Shown here: piece by piece, positions 39,599 to 53,849 of the stretch
Numbering within the stretch: position 1 is the stretch's first letter
Layout of the letters: the number at the start of each line of letters is the position of its first letter
NCBI GenBank assembly: GCA_964016885.1
Contig: OZ024745.1
Span: 123,008,001-123,072,000 of the forward strand
From: Eledone cirrhosa
Lineage: Eukaryota
Direction: 5' to 3'
Length of the DNA stretch: 64,000 nt
Translations under genes and position numbers: made by a program
The notes under the pieces: generated by a model
Databases searched by the model: none
The model's input: the letters and a program-made list of their open reading frames with translations, nothing else
Told to the model about the DNA's origin: nothing

Positions 39599-41689
39599 CA
39601 CATATATATACATGTATACTTATGAGCACACACAAACAAACAAACATATATGTATATAATATACCGTTTCAGTATAATTTATAAATATATAAATGATAAT
39701 GTGATAACATATAATAACATATTTATAGAGACAACTAATTAATTATATAGCATATCTCTTTTCTCTTGCATTATGGCCCTGTCAAAAGTATTTCTGGTAG
39801 GTTCCACATGAGTGGTTCTATGGATTTCTCTAACTGGCATTTAACTCAAAGTATTTATTACATTGAGAAACGAGAGTTTGGATTCATATGCTTGTATTGC
39901 CATTAGCCTGGACAAACATCAACTAAGGTAAACTGAAATAACCATTATTTTATTTGCAGTGTGTATTTAGTGTCTGGTTTAGAATATGTACACTATATAC
40001 CTGTGTGGTGTAAGAGGCAACCTAAAGAGCTTGTTATAAGAAGGGCATTTGTCTGTAAAAGTTTTCTTCCAAAAGGACATCTTGGGGAACATGAAGACTT
40101 TCATGGGTCCTCTGCTACAGTAGGGGGAAATTGGCCTTAAAACGTTTGTAGTTGTTATTGGTAATCATTTATTGAATAGGTACAATATATACCTATATGG
40201 AGACTTCTAGTGTCCTTGGCCCTAGGGCCACCTCCCTACCCACCACCATTGGCACAGAGTTGGCTTCCCGCAGATGTGAGCATCATGAGCTGAAATGGCT
40301 CTTGCAGTGTGTCTCCCTCACCATGCTCCATTGAAACACCTTCCCTATTCTGTCTGCCAGCATGTGAGCTCCCATTTGCTCACAATAGTGAGAGATGGGG
40401 AGAGTGGGAGAGATGGAGGCAGTGACAGTGTGAGATTGGTTCCTTTGTGTCCAGACCTGGTGTTGACATTTTATGAGAAGCAACTAAGTAAATTGACAAC
40501 AAGAAGAACATCCAATTATAAAACAATGCTCTAAAAAACCCTTCCAACACATGCCAACATGGAAAAGCAGGCATAAAACAATGTTGATCATTGTTTTACT
40601 TCATTATCGATTTGTCACTGTGGCCATACTGGGGCAGTTATTTAGTTTATCAACTTTTACAAAGTTGACCTACAGAAGATTTTTTCCCTCTAGCATCTAC
40701 ATTACTCTATATTTACTATTGTATTTCCATGGCAAACACTTTATCTCTCATAATTATCTCACATAATATCAAATCTACGAGATTTTGATATTATTTATTT
40801 TGAGAACAATACCTTAATATAAGTATAAGCAGCCAGTTATGGCCGGTTTGAACAGAAAGAGGTGAGAGAGTTCTGGCTGGATATGGCCAGTGTAAATGCT
40901 AAAGGGTTAAACTTAGAATGTAAAATGCCATAATCAATAACGCAATATAGTTTTTCCTATACTACTAATTCTATCACTTGCCACCCTGTGTATATATATC
41001 ACCAGAAATTGAAACTGGGTTGTGGACATGGTTTGATAACAGCCATATATTTTCATCATTAACACACTCACATATATGCGCATTACATTCTTTCTCACTT
41101 TCTCCCCCCTCACACACACACATACATATACTGACACTGATACAGACACACTCTCAGACAAATAGCACACACACACACAGAGTCACATGCATGTGCTGAC
41201 ATTAAGTTTCTTTATTGAAATAATGGAAGTCTGAGGATTCAAATTATATCTGCTATAACTATTTATACCAGGGGTTATGGATAAATAATTTACCTCCCTA
41301 ATATTCTTGTTTGATTCTACTATGCTTGTTGCTGCAAGCTAACAGCTACAACAATATTACATTGCTATTGAAATAAATTTACAAGTCGTTAAATCTATTT
41401 GGGCAGAAATATAATTCAAAGAAACACACATTTTAATGAAGCCACACAAATTTTTAATTTTTAATTCTAAAGCTGTAGTAATAACAGTGAAAATGTTGGA
41501 CAATAAAAGACTATAACAAACACTGTGTGATATCCCCACTATCTCTAGGAAACATACTTTATTTCCCTTTGACACCTTAACTAAAAATATGCACAAACAA
41601 AAGCGCTTCTTATAATCACACAACCTGTTAGAAATAGCAACTAAATTGTTTTCAAATCCTATTCTACTTACTAAAAAAAAAGATACATT

Positions 41690-41893
41690 AAAGACACAAG
41701 GCCAGCAATTGAAAGGGAAGGAAAAAGTTGATTAAATCAACCTCAGTGCATTACTGGTACTTTATTTCATCCACTTGTGTAAGGATGAAATATAAAGCTA
41801 TCCTCAGCAGGGTTTGAACTCAGAATGTAAAGGAACGTAACTCTATGCTGCAAAGCACGTTTTCCAATGCTCTACCAATTCTGCCAATCGACC
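41690..41893 (-). mobile_element. Diverged S1 SINE
   Basis: Recognisable body and A/B boxes. Other copies at 36264-36435 (-), 39113-39220 (-) and 51876-51970 (+). Confidence 0.75.
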
Positions 41894-43179
41894 ACAATCT
41901 TAATATGGTTTGATTACAAATGTGTCATCACAGTTGCCTTAAAAGTCTTTTCAATGATATGGGGTCCAGGCAATGTAGGGGAGTATTCTCTGGCATGCTG
42001 GACTCCTTGTGGTCCCAGATGACAGAATAGCAAGGGAGATACATTGAAATAGCAATTTCAACTCTCAGGGCTCACCCCCTATAGTAGTGAGCAGGTGGGG
42101 TGGTCTGAGAACCAAAAATGCCAGTCTTCACTGCTACAGGTTCAACGTCAAATCTGAGAATTATGAAAGGTGTCAAAATATTTTTCTATCAAAATCAGCA
42201 ACCCTGCCACCTAAGTTTGCATGGAAATACAAATGCAAAATTGCCAGTAAAACAACAACAAAAACAAAACAAAATGCAGAGAAAATAGAAAAAAATAACT
42301 CTAGTTTGCCAAAATATTTTTGTAATATGTAGAGGGAAAACAAAGGTGAATTACGATCTTCTGAGTTTGCTAACAGATATCAGTACTAAAAGTGAAGCAA
42401 AATGTTTCCAACTGAGAATTGTTTCACAACATGCTACCTCACTCTGTTTTATCACTTTTGCTGCAATCTTCTTGGTGTAATTTACCAATATCTGCACACC
42501 AACAGAATTTATAGCGATAAAATCCAGTTCTTCATGTCCGAAAAATAAACAAAGTTCAGAGCTGGATGCTCCAAAAAATTGTTATTTGCACATGATTTGC
42601 TATTCATGATAGAATAACCTATAGAATCACAAAAAATATAATCTGGATGAAGCAAGTATTGAAAGTACAGAAGATAAACATGAATAAATAATTCGTGGAT
42701 ATTAGTTGAAAGATAAGTGCTGTCATAGTAAAGAGAAAAAGGAATACGTATCAAACGAGCTAGTGTTACATCTCTGTGTGAAAATGATGCTGATAGGAAC
42801 CCAAACAGTTGCAACCAAGGAACATAGAAAAGGTGTAATTGTAGTTCCATCAAACTGACAATGAACCAGGTTTTACTATCTCAAAGTTTATCATATAACT
42901 GACTGTAAACCTTGTGCAGGCATAAAATCTATAAAATGAATGTGAGATGTAGTTAAAGAAAAAGCAGGTATATTCAGCTAAATCAATGACCTCATTAACT
43001 ACAGTTGTAAGATGCTGATGATAACATATGCTGCTAGAAGTTAATGAGTGGAAAGAAGATTTTTTTAAAAAGAATTGTTCCACCTTTACCGATAAAGTAA
43101 TTTGCTTTCTGTTTGAGTAGCAATATCCAATATGATGCAACAAATATCATAGGTATACTTACTATATGAATGGGAAAAA

Positions 43180-43580
43180 TCATTGGAATTGAGTGGGGAG
43201 GTGTATGCTGTATGTGTGAGATATGCCATGGTTTATGAGCGGAAGACATGGGTAATGAAGATGGAACAGCAGAGAAAACTGGAAAGAGTGAAAAAGGAAA
43301 ATAGAGAGGAAGATAAAGAATAAACTGCAGAGGATAATGTTATGAGGAGTAATGGAATGAGATGGTTGTTTGATGTGTTAAGGAAAGATGAAAGTGACTG
43401 AATGAGAGGAGTGATGGAAATAAATCTGGAAAGATGTAGAGGAAGTGAAGGACTAAGAAAGACATGACTAAAGATGACAAAGGACAGGGTGTAGATGCTA
43501 GAAGAAAATGCATGTCATAGGACTCTACAAAGCTAATCCCTCCTTTAATAGGGATGATGGTCTTAAATGTTTGTTGTTAT
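43180..43580 (+). mobile_element. Highly degenerate RTE LINE C-terminal fragment
   Basis: LSGEVYAVCVRYAMVYERKTWVMK..RKLER and MRWLFDVLRKDESD..RG..GLRKT* resemble the RTE Y..CVR.AM.YGSETW / LRW.GHV.R / GRPRKTW motifs. Confidence 0.6.
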
Positions 43581-43822
43581 CATTATTCTAAGAATCAAAA
43601 GAAGACAGAATATTTGGAAAATACATCAGATAAATCAGGATAAACATAATTTTCTGGATATACAATACATTTCTGATTCTTGAACTCAGAAGTAACAAAA
43701 ACTAAAATAGGGTAAAACAAAAGTATCTAGGTTTAATTGTGGTAATATATATATATGTGTGCATATATATATATGTATATATATACATATATATATAGAT
43801 ATAGATATGTATATACATATAT

Positions 43823-43863
<41 letters not shown>

Positions 43864-45050
43864 CACAAGGGAATGAGCGAAGGCTTCAAGAACATCATCT
43901 TTGTCCGTTTCCTTGTCGTTTTAATTTGGATTGCCTTGAGAATGTAACCTTATTATGTAAGAAGCTGTCTGATGAGATCATGGCACTGGGTATGTGGAAT
44001 CGCGTGGCCACTGTCGCCATTGAAATATGTATGATGACCTTATCAATAAAGGACTTTAACATCTGAAACTACTTCACATTTTCTTATTCTGTGTATATAG
44101 TAAATTAAACCTACAGTCAGTAGGCACCTCTTAACCGAATATACACCCCAACTCACTACTCCATCCTCCCACAACACCCTTTCTCTGTAAAATTATGTTG
44201 GTACCACAAAATCCAGTCCAAACTAAGGAGGTCGTGTAGGTGTCACAACAAAAAAAGCACCCAGTCCACTCTGTAAAGTGTTCATGTAGGAAACATGGTA
44301 AAAAGTCTCCCAGTCCACACTGTAAATGTGGTTGGTGTTTGGAAAGGCATCCAGCCATAGAAAACCTGCCAGATACAGTCCTATACGAGTGAGACACGGT
44401 CACCTGATCAATCTTGCCTCAAGTGGGACTATTGCCGTCTAACCCATTCTAGCATGGAAGATGGACATTAAACAATGATGATGTGGACAATGATGATGAT
44501 AATGTTATATATATACGCAAGCGTGGAAAAACAGATCTAAAACCCTGATGATGATGGTGATGATGATTCATTCAATGTTTCTGTTATCATAAACTCAAAT
44601 TTTTTGTTGAAATATTTCCGAGCAGATGTGCAAATGTATGTTGAAGAGTCTTGTTAGTTACAGTTTCACGCTCAAAACAAATCAAAACATTTTCTATTGT
44701 TAACCTGTATCACATATTCAACAGTATATATTTCATATAAAAGTGTAAAAATATATTGTTCACATCTGTTACTGCTTAAGCATATGTAAAATGTGAAACT
44801 GAGATACACAATTGTGTAGTTTCAGCTTAGAATAAATTTTATTTTATTTTGTATATATAAAGTTTGTATAATGTATATATAAAGTTTGTATACATGTGTG
44901 TGTTCTTGTATATACACAGTACACTCTGTAAAGTGGTTGTTGATAGAAATGGTATCCAGCCATAGAAACCTTGCTAAACAAAGAGTCGGAAGGATTCTTT
45001 AGTTGTGTCAAAGACATGAGAACCTCCCTAATGCTTGTGAGCTATATAAT

Positions 45051-45332
45051 GATTTAATTTATTGGCCACAGGGGCCGACATATAGGGGACAATACAAAAG
45101 ACTGGGACAGTGGGGTTTCACAGAAAAATCGAGTAAACAATATGAATAACAATAACAAAGTAACAATAAAAATACAACAAGAAAAATTCCCCAATGGGGG
45201 GATGACCACCCAGGGTTTGCTCAGGTACCCCCACCTATCCTGAATGACCAGACGCTTTGAGAGCACCCAGGAAGAGCACCACTCTCCTCCTCAAATTTAC
45301 CCACCTACAGGCGCATGATCAGAGTAGGTCCA
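45051..45332 (-). mobile_element. 5'-truncated L1/Tx1-like insertion with 15-bp TSD
   Basis: TSD TGTGAGCTATATAAT at 45036-45050 and 45333-45347. Begins with GPTLIMRL* (compare GSTLSVCL* at 62.9 kb) and has a similar 3' UTR. Confidence 0.8.
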
Positions 45333-45656
45333 TGTGAGCTATATAATAACTAATAATCCAGTATGCTCTATAAAGGGGTTGGTTGGTGATATGAAAAAGA
45401 TCCCGCCATAGAAAACGTGGTAAACAATGGTGCGAGAAGGTTCTTCAGCTATGATAAATGCATGACAACCTCTCTAGTGCTGGTGTCACGATCAAATAGA
45501 CTTCGAAGAGTGCAGGGTCATATGTCAGGACCCAGGACCCAGGATCACCTGTGATGACACATCTAACCCTTGCTAACAGGTAAAATGGATGCTGATATAT
45601 ATATACATATATATACCATATACTGTACTGATTGTGTTCTATTTCTGTTTACCTTT

Positions 45657-45871
<215 letters not shown>

Positions 45872-45927
45872 ATATAAATATATATATATATGTATATATG
45901 AGTGTATATGTATATATATATATATAT

Positions 45928-46077
45928 ATATAAACGTTTGTATTTGTAAAGCCAAAACAATGCAGGTATGGATATAGAATATAAATGCAAATGCAAAAGA
46001 TATTGTTGACAATTAGTCTTTTACCTTAAATTTATTTAAATAAATTGTTTTGGCTTTACAAATACAAACGTTTATAT
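45928..46077. repeat. Perfect 34-bp inverted repeat with 82-nt spacer
   Basis: ATATAAACGTTTGTATTTGTAAAGCCAAAACAAT and its reverse complement at 46044-46077. Confidence 0.85.
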
Positions 46078-46319
46078 CTCATTACACAATGCTTCAAGTG
46101 AACTATAACTTCCTCCATTTATATATATATGTATATATGTGTGTATAAATATATATATATATATATACATGACAAGAGATCCAGTTGTAGACACCAAGTC
46201 AAAATGAGGTCTGTATGAGCAAGACATAGTCACCTCACAATAGGACAACTCATCTAACCCATGCTAGCATAGAAAAATGGACGTTAAACAGTGATGATAA
46301 TGAGGATTATATATATATA

Positions 46320-46362
<43 letters not shown>

Positions 46363-46862
46363 ATATATATATAGGCAATGTTTCATAAATAAAAACCATG
46401 AGTGCTTTTGTCTCAGTAGTGAGTCAGTAAATGTTGCTGATGTCAGGTAAAAATCCAGAAATAGCTATGACATGATCATAGTTCTAAAAACAAAAATTGA
46501 AACCAAGTCTCCCATATGTGTAATATACATAAACATATCATATATGCTTTCATATACACTCCTATGTTACATATATAAATATATATATCGAGAGAGAGAA
46601 AAAGAGACAGTGATAGAGGGGGAGAGAGAGAGAAAGAGAGAGGGAGAGAGTGTGTGAGTGAGAGAGATAATAATCCACTATTATTTTGGTAAGGTGTATC
46701 CAGTTCGATGTATTATTAAAGTCAACAGCATGCTAGGTTCAAATCCAAGGTGGACATTTATCTCTACAGAAACAATTGTAGAAATGGAATTTCAATTTGA
46801 ATAACAACCTTGGTTTTCCTTTTGTATTAATTACACACACACATATATATATATATAAATAT

Positions 46863-46952
<90 letters not shown>

Positions 46953-47006
46953 TTAATTAAATAGCTCTGTTCCTTAGCCTTTTCTACAGAAATACTTAAC
47001 ACATAT

Positions 47007-47053
47007 ACTGTACTGATGAAGGGTAATCACCCAGAAACATTAGTGTCTGCAGT
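47007..47053 (+). ncRNA. Type I hammerhead ribozyme motif (family HH6)
   Basis: ACUGUA-CUGAUGA-A-GGGU-AAUC-ACCC-A-GAAA-CAUUAGU-GUC^UGCAGU. Stem I 6 bp (one G.U), stem II 4 bp, near-palindromic stem III, GUC triplet. Confidence 0.7.
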
Positions 47054-47186
47054 TCTGTTTGCATGCCAACACAAGAGCAAGAACGATAGGGTCATTCTAC
47101 TGACATGGCTTAAAAGAGGTGTTTGCATAATTGCAAACGAATCAAATATTATTATTAATATTCAAAAAACTCAGATTGCATTTATA

Positions 47187-47256
<70 letters not shown>

Positions 47257-47410
47257 TATTTAATTAGAAATTGAACAACATAAAATATAACTATATTTTG
47301 TGTTGTTCACTTTCTTATTAAATAGCTCTGTTCTATACATAGAGCACTCTTTTTTCCTTTGCTTTTCCTTCGGAATTATCTAACACACACATACACATAT
47401 ATATATATAT

Positions 47411-47750
47411 GGAGGCACATGGCTTAGTGGTTAGAGCATTGGCCTTGCTATCGAAAGGTTGTGAGTTCAATTCTCAGACCGGGTGATGTGTTGTTTCCTT
47501 GAGCAAGACACTTTATTTGACATTGCTCCAGTTTACTCAGCTGTAGAAATGAGATGATAGGACTGGGGTCCCTATCATTCCACTGCAAAGTGGTCGTGGA
47601 GGTGCCACGGCAAAAAAAGCACCCAGCCCACACTGTAAATGAGGTTGGTATTAGGAAGGGCATCCAGCTGTAGAAATCAAGCCAGAATCAGTTCCCGTCC
47701 CACCCTTGCAAGCAGGGAAAAGCGGACATAAAATGATGATGATGATGATA
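47411..47750 (+). mobile_element. Composite SINE S2 head plus RTE-like tail
   Basis: GGAGGCACATGGCTTAGTGGTTAGAGC..GAGTTCAATTC..(GAT)n. Three copies in the window. Confidence 0.85.
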
Positions 47751-47925
47751 TATACAAACATACATATGTATATATATATATGTAAGCACAAATGCATATA
47801 GTCACAAACAATGCAAAAATAGCAATACTCACACACATACAAACACTCGCACATATATATATAAATCCACTCTGCATATATTCATACATACATACATAAT
47901 ACATACATATTACATACATACATAT

Positions 47926-48362
47926 ATGGTGGCTGCCAACTCGTTTTCGAGTACGGCCAATACTTTATATCCATGTAGGAGAACCCCTACCGATGCGCTG
48001 AACGGGTGTGACTTTTTAGTCCAGCCAGCGACTTGAAAACTCTGCTACAAACACTACACTTGTGACAATTATTGACACATAGTGCTGGGTCCATGGTACC
48101 ATGTGACGACAAGTGCAGAGAGATCTCCAGATATAAAGCAATGCCTGTGCCGTGAAGCTTTTATAGTGAGCAAAGGCACTGCACAAAGCCAGTCCCACTC
48201 TCTTAACCAAGATGATATTTACCAAAAAAGAAGAACAAGTCAACATCATTGGATACCATCAGGGTTGCAGGCGGGATTTGAACTCAGAATGGCAAGGGCC
48301 GTAACTCTATGCGTCAAAGCATGGCATCCGACCCTCTACCGATACTGCCAATCCACCACCCT
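47926..48362 (-). mobile_element. Chimera of an S1 SINE head (48362-48271) and RTE-derived zinc-finger tail (48270-47926)
   Basis: The S1 sequence stops just after the B box (GTTCAAATCCCGCC) and continues directly into the element seen at 10503-10848. Confidence 0.75.
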
Positions 48363-48745
48363 AACATACATACATACATACATTCTTATCAATATATAAG
48401 TCCTATCTCCTCCAATCAGCAGTCTTAGACCAACCACCACCACATTAAAATGGATCAATGACAATTTTTGAAGGTTTACTTTGAAGATAATTCTTTAAAG
48501 ACAATTTTCATTGGAATTTAAAATTTAATTTTCTGATGAATAACATTTATATTTCAATGTCTTCCTTAATAACAAAGTGAACCTTACTCATTACGTTTCA
48601 TCATCTTCCATCAAATTCATTTATACAAACTTTCTTTCTCTTTCTCTCACTCCCTCACTCACTCATACTTTCTCTTTTTCCCTCTCTTTCATTCTCTCTT
48701 TTCCTCCCCTTTTAGTCTCTCACTCGCTAACTCACTCTTACTCTT

Positions 48746-48793
<48 letters not shown>

Positions 48794-48911
48794 CCCCTCT
48801 ATCCTTCTTTCTATCTATTTCTTGTTGTTGTTGTTAAAGACAGCTTCTTCATTGTTCTGGCTTTTCTTATCAAAATTATATGCTTCATACTGTTAGAAGT
48901 TGCCAAACTGA

Positions 48912-48954
48912 AAGCAGCAGCAGTAGTAATAGTAGTAGTAATAGGGGTAGTGGC

Positions 48955-49005
<51 letters not shown>

Positions 49006-49065
49006 GGTGGTGGAGGTCGTAGAAGTAGTAGTAGTAGTAGCAGTGATGGTGGTGGTGGTAGTGGA

Positions 49066-49097
<32 letters not shown>

Positions 49098-49219
49098 AGG
49101 TAGTAGTAATAGTAATAGTAGTGGTGGTGGTAGTAGTAGTAGTTGTGGTGGAGGTCGTAGTAGTAGTAGTAGTAGCAGTGGTGGTGGTGGTGGTATTGGA
49201 AGTAGTAGTAGTAGTGGAG

Positions 49220-49256
<37 letters not shown>

Positions 49257-49805
49257 AGGTAGTAGTAGTAGTAGTAGTTGTAGTAGTAGTAGTAGTAGTA
49301 GTAGTGGTTGTTATTCTGGCATTAGTAATAATTGTTTCTACTTTAGGCACAAGGCCAGCAATTACCCAGTGCATTTAGTAATAATACCTGACAATGTTTT
49401 GTTGGTGGTAGTAGTAGCAGCAGCAGCAGCAGCAGCAGAAACAGAACAACACTAGAAGAAGCATCACCAACAGTAGCAGTAGCAAATACCGCCATTATCA
49501 TTTTTGTCTTCTTTCATCCACACTTCCCTCCTACTGTGTCCTCTGTTGCAAAATTCCCCCCCCCCCCCCCCACACACACACCCACTCCACCACCACCAAC
49601 AACAACACCACCACCACCAACAACAACACCACCACCACCACCACCACCACCACCACCACCACCACCACCACCACCAACAACACCACCACCAACACCACCA
49701 ACACCAACACCAACACCACCACCACCAACACCACCACCACCACCACCAACACCAACACCACCACCACCAACACCAACACCACCACCACCAACACCACCAC
49801 CACAT
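48912..49805. repeat. (GTA/GTG)n and (CCA/CAA)n mosaics
   Basis: Direct inspection. Confidence 0.9.
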
Positions 49806-49891
49806 ATCTATTCTCATTACTTCCTCCCAATCTGCTGGCAGTGATGGCTGTTACATCAGATTCACCAATGTCCACCGGGAATCTGGTTGTA

Positions 49892-50465
<574 letters not shown>

Positions 50466-50643
50466 TGTGATATATATATATATATATATAATATAATATA
50501 ATAATAAAATAACAGGAGGCTGGACTTGTGTAAATCCTTGAAAGGTTTATTATACTATGATCAGTTCAATGACCGGGTTCCGTATGAATACATACATACA
50601 TACATATATACATACATACATACATATATACATACATACATAT

Positions 50644-50674
<31 letters not shown>

Positions 50675-50760
50675 CATACATACATACATACATATATACA
50701 TACATACATACATACATATATACATACATACATACATACATACATACATACATACATACA

Positions 50761-50794
<34 letters not shown>

Positions 50795-50800
50795 CATACA

Positions 50801-50834
<34 letters not shown>

Positions 50835-50836
50835 CA

Positions 50837-50869
<33 letters not shown>

Positions 50870-50871
50870 GC

Positions 50872-51110
50872 ATACTACGGGTTATATACCAACCCGCTTG
50901 GACCAAAGTATGACTGAACTTGGATTTGCGGACAAAAAGCGCAGCTCCCTAATTCATAGTCTACAAATGGCTGCGATAGCTGGCACCTTCAAAATTTGCA
51001 AAACATTCTTGCGATTCAAGGGATGACAATTTCTTTTCTTTTACAACCTTGCCACCAGGAAGGTGGCCAGTCAAAAAAAATATACTCGAAATTAAGAGAA
51101 AGAGAAAACA
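50872..51110 (+). mobile_element. 3' end of a restriction-like-endonuclease (R4/Dong/NeSL-type) non-LTR retrotransposon inside (TACA)n
   Basis: TTGYIPTRLDQSMTELGFADKKRSSLIHSLQMAAIAGTFKICKTFLRFKG* resembles the terminal G.IP..L...L..LG.....LQ..A..GT.KI motif of RLE-clade ORFs. (TACA)n on both sides. Confidence 0.6.
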
Positions 51111-51309
51111 TATATACATACATACATACATATATACATACATACATACATATAAACATACATACATACATATATACATACATACATACATATATACATA
51201 CATACATACATATTATTACATCAAGATTGACCATACGGAATGACCAGCTCTATCCAGTGGTGAACCTTCAAACCTAAATATATATATATATATATATATA
51301 AATATATAC

Positions 51310-51386
<77 letters not shown>

Positions 51387-52514
51387 AATAAGTGCAACGG
51401 GTAGGAAAAATGTGATATGTGTATGTGTGATGTTTAGCTTCTCTGATTATTATTGGCTGTATGTGGTGTTTGAGTACAGTAAATGTCAAATGTTTATGTG
51501 GTTGTCATTGCTATAAACTTATATGGCCTAGTGGTTAAGGTGTTGGACTTATCATTATGATGTCATGGATTTGTTGCTCATTGTGTTGTTGAGCAAAATA
51601 CTTTATTTCACGTTGCTCTTTCCACCAGCAGTTGCAATCACTACATAGAGTCAGAAATGGAAAGAAGAATAGAAATAGTGCATTCTTTCCTTTTGTATAT
51701 GATGTGATTTTTGTTGTGTTAACACTGGTCTGAGGATCAGGCAGACTTGGAGTCTGGTCTGGGGTTGCCATCCCAGATCACGAGCCAGCTGCTTGAGAAA
51801 CATTTGTAACCAGGATTGAGCAATAAATCTCCTATGTAACACCTCCACTTTGTTCTTCTTATTATTATAATATAGGTTGACTTTGCCTTTCATCCTTACG
51901 GGGTCGATAAAATAAAGTACCAGTAATGCACTGGGTAATTGCTGGCCTTGTGCCTAAAGTAGAAACAATTATTATAATATATATATATATCATCATCATC
52001 ATCATCATCACCATTTTACATCTGTTCTTCCACGCTAGCATGGGTTAGACAGGTTGTCCTGTTGTGAGCAGTGTCTGGTCGACTGACCTTGCTCATACGG
52101 GAACTGATTCTGGATTGATTTCTACAGCTGGATGCCCTTCCTAACACCAACCTCATTTATAGTGAGTGCTGGGTGCTTTTTTTCCTGTGGCGCCTACACA
52201 TCCACTTTACAGTGTGGGCTGGGTGCTTTTTAGCTGTGGCACCTCCACGACCACTTTGCAGTGGGAGGGTGTGGGGGCATATTGTCTATATGCTTCAGCT
52301 TCAGCTTGTACGTGGTGGGGGTCGGGTCTTCTGTATTACTGAGTGACGCCAGAATATATATAATCTTGATTAGGTGTAAGCCAATTTTCACACTTCTACA
52401 ATTTCTATTCTTTTTAACAGTCTCTGGTTTTCTTAAGCAAGAGTAGATAACAACACAATATCGTCTGCCAGATCTGTCTATTGTTGTTTTATTTGTATGT
52501 CGTAATTCCACACC

Positions 52515-52830
52515 TTTAGTGAGTCAGATTGGTCAGCTGTAGCAATTCTCATAGCAAAATCTAATGCCATAATGAAATGGTAGGGTGCCACAGTGTCTCC
52601 TTGGAATAACTCTGCTAGAATTTCAAAACCCTCTGTGTCACCATCTGGTGAGACTAACCAGGACAGTGTTTCCTTATTGAGAATACTAATGGTATTTACA
52701 ATTTTCTCTAAAATATCATATTTTAGAATTTGCATTAATTTTTCATGATGAATTGTATTGAAAGCTTTTCAGAAATCCACAAATGTTAGTATTTCTTTCA
52801 GATTCTGATCTCTTACTTCATTTAACAATC
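52515..52830 (-). mobile_element. RTE-X-like reverse transcriptase fragment (pseudogenised)
   Basis: LTFVDF*KAFNTIHHEKLMQILKY..VSPDGDTEGFEILAELFQGDTVAPYHFIMALDFAMR matches RT motifs DFxKAFD and GVxQGDxLAP. Confidence 0.85.
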
Positions 52831-53849
52831 TGCTTTAATCAGCCTCTAGTGGTTGTCTTTACCTTACAATGGCATAAGCTAAAAGAGGTTAAAGATTTTA
52901 TGTAGCTTGATATTTGAATAACAGACTTTGTGATGAAGATTAAATACCAATAGAGCTGAAGATTAGTTAGCATCTAACAAAATGGCAAGAATATAGAAAT
53001 CTAAAATAAGACCTGAAGATTATATTCTCCAGAGCAACAATTGAGAATGTGTTCATGTATGATTTTGAAACATGAATATTAACAAAGGTCCTCTAAAACG
53101 GACCTAAGTCAGATAACACTTATAGAAGATTGTTACAAGTTGACTTAACACATCATAGAGGGAACATAAAGCCAATGTTGAACTTTATGTCAATCTACCA
53201 CTGAACTATCATCATCACTATAGCAAATGATTCAATTGAATTTTCTTGCAAAGCCTCAATGGGTTTTACACCCTGTGTTCTAATGCTGTAAAATGCCTGT
53301 CTATTTATCATTGTCATCGTTAACATCAACACTGTCATCACCACTAGCACCACCATCACCACTAACTGCACGATCATCATTCTCATCATCATCACTATCA
53401 GAAGGGGGATTAATGGTAAAAGCAGTAGATCAGCAGAACCAGCAGAGTGCCAAACTACATAATTTGAAGTATTCAATTATATCATTTAAAGTCCTGCATT
53501 GAGTCCAAATCCTTTCAAGATTGCCTAGGGTCCCCTTCTGGGGTCAATAAAACAACTACTAATTGAGTAGTGGTGTCACTTTAATTTGGAACTATTCTTA
53601 TCCAGTATTAGAAATGAAACAAGTGTATTATATCTTCCAGACTTTCGATATAATGTTTGTTAGGTCAATGAAAGACATAGTGGAAGGCATCTATATATTG
53701 AACCAGTTGGCTACATAAACCACAAATGTGTGATCTACATCATTAACCTAGATATGATGCATAGATAGTGATCCAATTATTGGAAGGAAAACATGTTGGT
53801 TCTGGCTTGCAGAGTCCACAGCAACCAGATTAACAAATCAGCAGTTGAT

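Noticed and set aside
42470-43150. Non-repetitive stretch that might be an exon
   Set aside because: No recognisable domain, short minus-strand ORFs with non-coding-like composition, and no supportable splice structure.
47411-47485. tRNA gene
   Set aside because: Has A/B boxes but no acceptor stem or poly-T terminator, and continues into a SINE body.
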